From contig OZ024742.1 of NCBI GenBank assembly GCA_964016885.1, positions 11,160,001 through 11,224,000 of the forward strand: a stretch of 64,000 nucleotides of DNA, written 5' to 3'. The number at the start of each line of letters is the position of its first letter. The stretch's first letter is position 1. The notes beneath the pieces are model-generated. The model was not told the DNA's origin and did no database searches. It saw only the letters and a program-made list of their open reading frames with translations. The DNA is from Eledone cirrhosa (taxonomy: Eukaryota). A program made the position numbers and the translations under genes. Below are positions 27,092 to 38,149 of the stretch, piece by piece.

Positions 27092-27692
27092 GTATGTGTG
27101 TATGTATATGTATGTATATGAATATATTTTTTTATATATGTGTGTGTGTTTTTATGTGTGTATATGTGTTTGTGTGTGTGTTTATGGTTGCGCGTAAGTG
27201 TGTGAGTGAGTATGTTTTTTGTTTTTTTTGTTTTTTTGTGAATGTGTCTGTTGATTTTTGGCATATAGTTGATTAGTTTAAGAGAAGTTCGAAGATAATT
27301 GTAAGATATGCACTCAGTATTTTGAATCTGTCTACAGAATTCTCTAGACCTTTGTCACTTAGTAGAACCTTAATGATTTTAGCTTTTAAAGAATCTCCCT
27401 TTTCTTTAATTCTATCGACCATGACTGACCCCCCACTGATTTTATAGACATCTGTTAGCTTAAGAGAAACTTAATGACAAGGAATGGTATGCCATCCGGA
27501 ACCTGTTTATAGAATTCTGTCTGCCCTTGTTACTCTAAAAACATAAATAAATAAAAATAAACTATAGCTTTGTAGAATTAGCTTTTAATGAATTCCCTTT
27601 TCTATCAACCAATGACCTGCACCCATCCCACTCCCCACCCTCTCCTACCACTTGTAGAGACCTATAAATACCATTTTTATTTTTTGATACCC

Positions 27693-27743
27693 AGATTCCT
27701 GATGATTTCTAATGAATGAAACAGTTCTAGTCCTGTAGAATCT
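27693..27743 (+). ncRNA. Type-I hammerhead ribozyme (inverted-arm copy)
   Basis: agattcCTGATGAtttctaatgaatGAAAcagttctagtcctgTAgaatct. Confidence 0.8.
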
Positions 27744-27755
27744 CATCTATATTAA

Positions 27756-27792
<37 letters not shown>

Positions 27793-28086
27793 AAGTCCAT
27801 AGAATCATTAGATAAAATATATATACAGTATTCCTTCTGCCAATCAGCATAAATCAACCACACAAAAAATCATTTAAACGAGGTTATAGGTTTAAAATAT
27901 ACTTATGAAGAAATAATAGATAAATAAATGATAGCCCTTTAACCGTGACTCACAGTTATAGAAAATTTACCTAGTATTTCTGATAGCCTGTAGAAATTGA
28001 CTAGACATATAGTTAACCATACATAATTAGGTACAAAATCAATGTTAGAAGAAAAAATGTACATAAACATACCAAAATCATCAAAA

Positions 28087-28170
28087 TATCTCTACCCCGG
28101 CGGTTTCATTCGATTTTTGGATATATCCAATCTTGGATAAATTAACGAGGTTGGAAATCATCAGGAGATA
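28087..28170 (-). ncRNA. Type-I hammerhead ribozyme within TA-flanked PLE end 27789-28287
   Basis: tatctc-CUGAUGA-tttc...(long loop)...gaat-GAAA-cc gccg gg-UA-gagata. Confidence 0.7.
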
Positions 28171-29164
28171 AACTCAATTGAACAAATATTTTTCTTACAT
28201 GATCCCCGCCAGAAACGAATTCAAAATGGCTAAGAATCGTCACGTGGCTAGTGGTCAAGGTAGAAAGTTTGTGATTGGTGCCTGTCATATATATATATAT
28301 ATATATATATATATCAACTAGAAATTGATTGACATATCTATATCTAAAATAACATATGGAACAATCACAAGGAATAATTTGTAAAAGTGTGTAAGCACAC
28401 ATAGCTAGGTAGGTAATTAATTAAAGTTTAACTAGAACTTTAAATGTCTCTCGGACATGACACCCTTAATTTAATTTTGGATATATATATATATATATAT
28501 ACACACAGTAACAGCAAGTTCTCCATGCAAACACAGATTTATGTATGTAAATATGTAAAGATGTATTATTGATGCATTTCGTTGTAGATGGAAAACAATG
28601 AAGCTAAATATATTTTGACGATTATTCCAAGAACCTAAACACAGGTCCAGTTGAGTCTATATCACTCAAGATATACAGAGAAAATACATTAGACATGCTT
28701 ACATCACCACCGTACTTATCACCATATTCATCATCATATTTACGTTCATTTTTCCACGCTTGGGTTAGACGGGTCCTTCTCAGCACACCCTCGCTCCACT
28801 CACCACATGTTTATATGTAATGCATTAGAACGTCCGATGCAATGCTTTGCTCTATTCATTCTGGCTTTCTGTGATATCTGAGTTGAACTCCTACCGATGT
28901 CATTTTTAAATGTTCATCCTTTCATCCTTTCAGTCTACAAAAGAAATGCCTGTCCAGTATTTCGTAGTGACACCACGTCATCTACATATGCAAACATGGC
29001 AGTCTTCTGTATCGCTTCAAGTAGGATGCTCCACAATAACTCTAGCTTCCGTACTGATTACTCAAGAAGTAAAGCGCACAGACGCGATGCGAGATAGCAC
29101 CTCTGGCTGCTCATTTAAAGCAGTTCTGATCGGCGCCATTTAATTTAATTCATCTACGGTCATG

Positions 29165-29510
29165 AAATATTGCGTAATGACCGAAAAAATATGATCGCGA
29201 ACAAGCGACCGACAAGGGGTTCCTCCAAATTGAGAGATCACAGCTCCGATACTACGGGTGTGTGGTTAGAATGTCCCAGGAAAGAATCGCTGGACAGATT
29301 TTACGGGCAAAACCAACCGGTAGGAGACCCAGGGGTAGACCCTCGCCAAGCAAGGTGGTTGGATAACTTCCATGAGCTTGGCTGTCTCACTTGGGCATAT
29401 AGCCGGCGGATCAATCGGAGACAGTTGCTTCTGACAGGACCTGCTGGAAGGAGTGTTTCAGGACTCTGCCTACACGACCCTTTCAGGAATAATGGGCGAA
29501 GAAGAAGAAA
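29165..29510 (+). mobile_element. RTE-clade LINE 3' end
   Basis: Homologous to 2430-2858 (IERSQLRY...GRRPRGRP). Confidence 0.7.
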
Positions 29511-29797
29511 GAGACGCTATTGTAAATCCAACTTATGAAAATATAAAAATCTAAACAGCTGCACCGAGGAGGGCCGCCAAGTATTAATAATCAATACAGC
29601 AAATTATTTATATTGATTTAAATTGATCTGAGTCCGATGGGAATAGTTTTCTTACCCTGTTTCTATGTCGTGGAGGTTGTTCTAAATATATCTGACAGTT
29701 GTCACATAAAATAAGATGTGATGGTCAGGGATAGAATGCTGTTGATCATAGTTCAGGTTTATCGGGCTATTCGTAGGACTAAACTATAGAGACGGTG

Positions 29798-29873
<76 letters not shown>

Positions 29874-31027
29874 GCAGCAGCAGCAGCAGCAGCAACAACA
29901 ACAGCAACAATGTAGAACTTACTTCTCCAGACTAGCAAGCGCATCATGCAGTTCTAGTGCATACTGTAAATTAGAAAGAGGAGCAAGTTTAGTGAAACTG
30001 AAACTACGCAGTAAGTCCACAAGTTTTAATCATCGTTTAACGTCTATCTTCTTGAAACGAATGAATGCGCACGGACTTAAACTTACACTCAGTAGGCACC
30101 TCTTAATCCAATGTACACCCTACATCCCCACACCGCACATCCCTTACATCTCCCTCCCACTTCCACCCATACCCTCCTTGCTCTGTAAACTTATGTTGGT
30201 ACTACAAAACATCCAGTCCACACTGTAAAGTGGTCGTGTAGGAGACACGGCAAAAAGCACCCAACACACACTGTAAATATGGTTGGCGTTAGTAAGGGTA
30301 TCCAGTCGTAGAAAACCAGCCAGAAACAGTTCTATACGAGCGAGTCACGGCCACCCAACCAAACTTGCCTCAAATGGAACAAAAGAGTCTTACCCATAGC
30401 CTATGTTCTTTGTTTATATTTGTTCTGTGATTATAAATCTAAGATGACTGGCAGTATACCAACTGGATTTACCTCTGAAATATCTCTCGCTAACCCGGAT
30501 ATAGAATAAACCATATTTGAGCCTTAAAGAAATAACTTTCTGTTGTTTTATCAACTTATAGCATTTTCCACACACACACACACACACATACATACATATA
30601 TATATATGATGGATGGCTTCAAACTCTGCTAAGAGTATTTCAATCGCTTGTAACAGATCTTGATCAAACAATGCCTGTGCTTTAAAGATTTTTTAAGTGG
30701 CCAAAGGAATTGCACTCGACCAATTCCATTCTCTGGGCGTCGAAAACACTACCCGAAAAGGAGAACTGGTCAACGTCATCGGATGCTTCCGAAACCGCGG
30801 GGCTTTTTTTTTCAGAGTTTCCCTCTCTTAGAAAGGTGTGACAACAACTGGGGGCTTTTCACTCCCAGGTGAAAAGAAAGTACTATTTGGATGGCCGTTG
30901 ACTCTGCTCAGTTCCTCTACCCTTTATATATATACATATAGAACATCTGATATCACTAACGGGTTGATGGAATATCGTTCCCTGGGGATATATAAAATCT
31001 CAAGCAACATAAGGAGCCTGTCCTTAT

Positions 31028-31059
<32 letters not shown>

Positions 31060-31072
31060 GTATATATATATA

Positions 31073-31845
31073 TATATTAAGACAGGGGGGAAGAAAAAAT
31101 GGCTTCACTTGTGCTTTCAACAAATTTATTTTCTTCACAAAATCCAAAAAGAATTTTTCTTAAAAAAAATTATTTTATAAATTAAGTTGTTGGTTGTTGG
31201 TTAGGTCTTAGGAGTTCTTGGTTAACGTAGGAGGTATTGTTTCGTTTTTAGAAAGACCTTTCACGCTGAGGTGCGCTTGTCAAACTGATGTGTATGTGGT
31301 GTGTTGTTCTATATATAGGGATTTAACATGTCTGTGGTGTGGTGGGGGTTTCTTTTCTCCCCCTTTAATAAGTGCATGGGTGTAGGTGTGTTGAAAAAGT
31401 GTTCATAGCAGTAATGAGTTGAGACGGTGAGTAGGGTTGGGTGGGGAGAATGTAGCAAGTGCGGCCTGCCCCGGTCATTCTCGAAAAATTCCTTTATTCA
31501 GGGGAAAAAGCTTTTAGTATTTCTTTTGTGTTGAGAATGGTCACAGGCAAATCGCAACTGTCAAGTTTGTGAATAATTATTTTTTTATTTTTTTCCGGAA
31601 GAATTTTTCTATGTCCATCCCAAAGTTAGTCCTTTGTTCAACACACACATATGTGCGCATATACGTACATACACACACGGGCATATGTAGGAATACATAG
31701 GCACACACCATCAATCACACACCCATGCACAAATACATCCACATACATACATACATATACATACATATACACACATAAAGATACATAACTAAATATACAT
31801 ATATACACATACACGTACACATACACACACACACACACGCACGTG

Positions 31846-31885
<40 letters not shown>

Positions 31886-31998
31886 CATATGTCCGTATAT
31901 ATACCCCTCCGTTCACACATACATGCATACACACACACACATACACACATACATCTATATATATATACACATATAAAGAGAGAGGCATACACACACAC

Positions 31999-32047
<49 letters not shown>

Positions 32048-32981
32048 CATACATATACACATACATATATGTACACCCCGTACTACAAGAAAAAAGATTA
32101 TGTGACCTGAAAAAATTCCTTAAAAAACAAGAATACCCGATGAAACTCATCAACGCAGCCATCTCCAAGGCTAAGTACATCCCAATAACAACACTGAGAA
32201 AACCAAACCCACAACATAAAAAAGAAAACCCTGCTATCTCTTTTGTCATCACTCACAACCCAGGGAACATCAACATTGTGAAAACTGCAAAGCAGTATCT
32301 CCCGATTCTACAGCAATCTACCAAAATGAATTCACTCTTAAAAAACACACAGATAATTTATAGCAGACGCCAAGCACCCAACCTTAAAAAACTAATTACC
32401 AAGGCAAAATTTACGACCAACATGGAATCAATGCAAGTGACGAAATGCGGGGACCCTAGATGTGGAACCTGTGAACTCATCGAAGAGGGCAAACATTTGT
32501 CCTTCAAAAACCATGATAATTTCAAGGTCAATGCTAACATGAACTGCAAAACGAAAACCTAATATATTGCGCAACATGTCCACAGTGTAAAGAGTATTAC
32601 ATTGGGGAAACCGGAACGGGATTACATGATAGAGTCCGGGTACATAAACAACAGATTAAAGACCCCACAGTCAGAAATACCACATGTAGCGCACACTTTG
32701 CATCATGCGGGAATGGAAAATTCACAATCTTCCCTTTCTTCAAGACATGGTCGGATAACGAACATTTCCGCAGATATAAAGAAGAATTCTTCATAGAAAA
32801 ATTTAAACCACTACTGAACACGAAAAAATGAATTAACACTCGGAGGTAAAATTCCATTTCACTACCCCCCCCTCTTCTTATGTATACACATGAATATCTG
32901 AGTGAACGGTGAGACACACACATATATGTGTGTAGGGATGTATGGATGTATGTACGTGTGGGTATATATGTATGTGGGTGT

Positions 32982-33029
<48 letters not shown>

Positions 33030-33058
33030 GTATGGATGTGTGTATGTTTGTATGTGTG

Positions 33059-33117
<59 letters not shown>

Positions 33118-33160
33118 ATATATGTGTATATGTACATGTATGTATGTGTATGTTTGTATA

Positions 33161-33257
<97 letters not shown>

Positions 33258-33660
33258 ATAGATATGTATGTTTATGTGTGTGTATGTATGTGTATGTACC
33301 TATATATATGTGTGTGTGTGTATGTATGTGCATATATGTATATATGTGTGTACATATGTGTATGTTTCTGTTTGTGTATATGTATGTATGTATGTAGATG
33401 TATGTGTATATATATGTATATATATGTATATATATGTGTATGTGTATATGTGTATTTATGTGCTCGTGTGTACGCACATATATATATATATGTATATATG
33501 TATGTGTGTATGTATGTGTGTGTATGTGTATATATATGTATATATGTGTGTATGTATATATGTGTGTATATATATGTATATATATATATATGTATGTATG
33601 TACATGTTTGTGTATGTATGTGTGTATGTATGTACTTGTATGTGTATGTGTATGTGTATG

Positions 33661-33723
<63 letters not shown>

Positions 33724-33850
33724 ATACGTATGTGTATGTATATGTATATGGATATATATGTATGTGTATATGTATGTGTATATGTATGTGTATATGTGTG
33801 TATGTGTCTGTATGTGGTTATGTGTACATATATGTATGTGTATATGTATG

Positions 33851-33887
<37 letters not shown>

Positions 33888-34815
33888 GCCTCTCTCTTTA
33901 TATGTGTATATATATATAGATGTATGTGTGTGTGTGTGTATGCATGTATGTGTGAACGGAGGGGTATATATACGGACATATGTATATATGTGTGTGTGTG
34001 TGTTTGTATACACGTGCGTGTGTGTGTGTATGTGTACGTGTATGTGTATATATGTATATTTAGTTATGTATCTTTATGTGTGTATATGTATGTATATGTA
34101 TGTATGTATGTGGATGTATTTGTGCATGGGTGTGTGATTGATGGTGTGTGCCTATGTATTCCTACATATGCCCGTGTGTGTATGTACGTGTATGCGCACA
34201 TATGTGTGTGTTGAACAAAGGACTAACTTTGGGATGGACGTAGAAAAATTCTTCCGGAAAAAAAGAAAAAAATAATTATTCACAAACTTGACAGTTGCGA
34301 TTTGCCTGTGACCATTCTCAACACAAAAGAAATACTAAAAGCTTTTTCCCCTGAATAAAGGAATTTTTCGAGAATGACCGGGGCAGGCCGCACTTGCTAC
34401 ATTTCTCCCCACCCAACCCTACTCACCGTCTCAACTCATTACTGCTATGAACACTTTTTCAACACACCTACACCCATGCACTTATTAAAGGGGGAGAAAA
34501 GAAACCCCCACCACACCACAGACATGTTAAATCCCTATATATAGAACAACACACCACATACACATCAGTTTGACAAGCGCACCTCAGCGTGAAAGGTCTT
34601 TCTAAAAACGAAACAATACCTCCTACGTTAACCAAGAACTCCTAAGACCTAACCAACAACCAACAACTTAATTTATAAAATAATTTTTTTTAAGAAAAAT
34701 TCTTTTTGGATTTTGTGAAGAAAATAAATTTGTTGAAAGCACAAGTGAAGCCATTTTTTCTTCCCCCCTGTCTTAATATACCTAACTGTACCAAGGATTA
34801 CACACATTTTCCAAT
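31073..34815 (+). mobile_element. Penelope-like element (Neptune-like), 5'-truncated with inverted 3' duplication
   Basis: 31073-32076 is the reverse complement of 33822-34780. A 35-bp tail occurs only at the right end. (TA)n flanks. Confidence 0.85.
32074..32831 (+). pseudogene. PLE RT-thumb/linker plus GIY-YIG endonuclease, one frameshift near 32555
   Basis: YP..LI, RRQAPNLK.L and CGDPRCGTC zinc knuckle; in the shifted frame [20 protein letters not shown]...RVRVH...[13 protein letters not shown]. Confidence 0.85.
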
Positions 34816-35251
34816 ATATATATATATATATAGGTAGTCGTAGATACAATAACTCTGAACATAGTTGTAATCGTTCAGGTCTAACTCGGAGTTAAACAAC
34901 AACAAGTACATCACTGTATAAATGCCACAACAGAAGATAAAACTAACACCACTTACATCAGCATCAAAACATTTGAATGGCAGTATTCGTTTTTTGTGAC
35001 TCATCTTATGCCAATATTTCTCAGGTATTTAAATAAAAAACGTTTTTACTACGAATTTCCTGGCCGTTCTTTATAATTATCTCTCTACTTATAAAGAACC
35101 TAATCACTATAGCAACAAAACAAACGTGTAAAGATAAGATAAACAAACTGCCATAAATTGTTTTAAGCGAACGCTCTTTAAATGTGAGATTTCTTTTAAA
35201 ATGGTAGATAACGATTTGTAAGTTTTATAATCTATTCATAATATAAAGAAT

Positions 35252-35505
35252 GGCTTGGATGCTGCAGATTTCCCTTCCCAGCTCGAGCCGGCTGGACCAA
35301 GGGGATGACAAAAGGCCAGACGGCATGACCTTCTTCCCATTCCGTGTTGGTAAACCCCTCGTCTGCGATGCTACATGGAACGACACCTTTTCCAGCGGCA
35401 ACCTGGTGCAATCTGCGACTAACCCAGGATCTGCTGCACTTCGAGATGAAGAGAGTAAACTTTTCAAATATCGGTCACTCTCCGACAGGTTTGTAGTCGA
35501 GCCCG
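35252..35505 (+). pseudogene. CRE-clade restriction-like endonuclease fragment
   Basis: PSQLEP (shifted frame), then DKRPDGMTFFPFRVGKPLVCDATWNDT...AALRDEESKLFKY: a PD..D..E..K..KY pattern. Confidence 0.7.
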
Positions 35506-35519
35506 GAGCAGGGAAGACT

Positions 35520-36855
35520 TCGGAGAGCAAGCCACATATATTGAGAGGGGGAGAACAGAGCAAGCCACATATATTGAGAGAGGGGGAAGAGAGCAAGCCA
35601 CATATATTGAGAGAGGGGGAGGAGAGCAAGCCACATATATTGAGAGAAGGTAAAGAGAGTGAATTACATATATTGAGAGAGATGGAAGAGAGCAAGCCAC
35701 ATATATTGATAGAGGGGGAAGAGAGCGAATTACATATATTGAGAGAGGGGGAAGAGAGCAAAACACATTTTGAGAGAGGGGGAAGAGAGGAAGCCACAAA
35801 TATTGAGAGAGGGGGATGAGAGCAAGCCACATATATTGGGAGAGGGGGATGAGAGCAAGCCACATATATTGAGAGAGGGGGAAGAGAGCAAGCCACATAT
35901 ATTGAGAGAGGAGTAAGAGAGCAAGCCACATATATTGGGAGAGGGGGAAGAGAGCTAGTCACATATATTGAGAGAGGGGTAAGAGAGCTAGCCACATATA
36001 TTGAGAAAGGGTGAAGAGAGGAAGCGACATATATTGAGAGCGAATTATATATATTGAGAGAGGGGCAAGAGAGCAAGCCACATATATTGAGAGAGGGGGA
36101 AGAGAGCAAGCCACATATATTGGGAGAGGGGAAAGAGAGCAAGCCACATATATTGGGAGAGGGGGAAGAGAGCTAGTCACATATATTGAGAGAGGGGGAA
36201 TAGAGCAAGCCGCATATATTGAGAGAGGGGGAAGGGAGCAAGCCACATATATTGAGAGAGGGGGAAGAGAGCAAGCCACATATATTGAGAGAGGGGGAAG
36301 AGAGCAAGCCACATATATTGAGAGAGGGGGAGAAGGTAAGTTAGATTTATTGAGTGTGGAGGAAGAGAGTTGGTAGATTATTGAGAGAAGGGGAGGAGCG
36401 GCAGTTGTGTATCTTCCCCCTATCACAATATATTTAACATACTCTCTTCTCCCTCTTTCATTGTAAGTTGTTTGTTCTCTTCCCCTCTCTCAATAGATAT
36501 AGCTCTTTCTCTTCCTCCTCTCTCAATATACATAACTTTCTCTCTTCCCCCTCTCTCAATATGCATAACTTGACCTCATCCCCCTACTGTATATATATCT
36601 TTTCCTCGTCTCTCCATATATGTGGCTCGCTCTCTTCCCCCTCTCTCAATATATGTGGCTCGCTCTCTTCCCCCTCCTTCAATATATGTGGCTTGCTCTT
36701 TTCCCCCTCACTCAAAATATGTGGCTTGCTCTCTTCGCCCTTTCTCAATATATGTAATTCGCACTCTTCCCCATCTCTCCATATATACGTAACTTGCTCT
36801 CTTCCCCCTCTCTCGATATACATAACTTGCTCTCTTCCCCCCTCTCTCAATATAT
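35520..36855. repeat. 33-bp minisatellite in two oppositely oriented blocks (35520-36332 and ~36470-36855)
   Basis: gagagcaagccacatatattgagagagggggaa and its reverse complement. Confidence 0.9.
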
Positions 36856-37064
36856 CTGGTGTATCTGGAAAATCATTGTTGTCACCTACACACCACAGTC
36901 TCGCCTCATACTATAAACCAGACGACACATCCACAACAGTCGTCTCACCTTCTACCTGTCTTCTCTTATCATCTGTTTACGCGGGCGAAGCTGGGTACGT
37001 CAGCTTGTCTGTCTATCTATTAGACCCCTTATATAACGCCTACCTTTCGGCAGGGTTCGAACTC

Positions 37065-37100
<36 letters not shown>

Positions 37101-37974
37101 TGTGTGTGGATATATATATAAATATTTGCTCTACGGTTCTTATATATTTGATATATATTTATCCTTATCGAGCGCTCTTTGGATTTTAGTCTTCAAATTT
37201 ATTATTATTACTATATATAGTTTATAAAATGTATTATTATTACTATATATAGTTTATTACTATATATAGTTTATAAAATTATTATTATTACTATATATAG
37301 TTTATTACTACATATAGTTTATAAAATTATTATTATTACTATATATAGTTTATTACTATATATAGTTTATAAAATTATTTATTTATTTGTATACACGCAT
37401 ACACACACACATATTTATATGTGCGTGGTTTTGTATACCTATGGTAAGGTTTTGCGTATGCTTGTGTATGTGCGTGTATGTATTTATTTATTACTTCTGT
37501 ATTGTATTTATTTACTTTGTTCTTAACTCTGTAGCGGAGATTCATTTGGTCTCCTAGTTAGAATTTAGTCTACGACTTCTATACCATTTACGTGGTTTTG
37601 TCTTTGCGTGCTATTGTTCTCCACGCTCCACATATGACGTATTATCTTCGTTTTTTCGTTCATTGCAAGAGAACGTCTCTATGCACCACCTAAGAGAACA
37701 TTAGTCTACGACCTCTTTTATACCATAATCGTGGTTCTGTCTTTGCGCGTAATTGTTTTTCACCGCTCCTATTAATGACGTATTATTCGTTTTTTCCCGT
37801 TCTTCGCCAGCGAACGTTACCACGAACCAAAGTATCGTCTTCCTGTCTTCCTCCGGTTGCAACGTTTTTTGAAATATCCAGTTCTGCGTTAACAGATTGA
37901 CTTTGTTAGTTTCAGAAGATCCCGTTAAGGGTGAAAGCAGCGATTCTTTGCTTAAACTTTAATCTGTTATTTTA

Positions 37975-38012
<38 letters not shown>

Positions 38013-38149
38013 AATAAAATAACAGATTAAAGTTTAAGCAAATAATCGCTGCTTTCACCCTTAACGGAATCTTCTTAAATATTTATCCTTATCGAGCCCT
38101 CTTTGGATTTTAGTCTTCAAATTTATTATTATTATTATTATTATTATTA

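Larger units (their letters stand above)
18556..27758 (-). mobile_element. Penelope-like retroelement (Naiad-like), 5'-truncated, with large inverted 3' duplication and nested insertions
   Basis: Arms 18626-21395 and 22839-27758 are reverse complements. A 70-bp tail occurs only on the left. (TA)n on both flanks. RT + GIY-YIG ORF and a hammerhead in each arm. Confidence 0.9.
35231..37007 (+). mobile_element. Putative non-autonomous Helitron carrying a CRE endonuclease fragment and 33-bp minisatellites
   Basis: a|TCTATTCATAATATAAAG start. End gcgggcgaagctgggtacgtcagCTTG|t resembles a Helitron 3' end but with non-canonical CTTG. Confidence 0.4.

Noticed and set aside
37905-37950. cagaaga-tccc/ggg-tgaaa hammerhead-like string
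   Set aside because: The core and cleavage triplet are degenerate.
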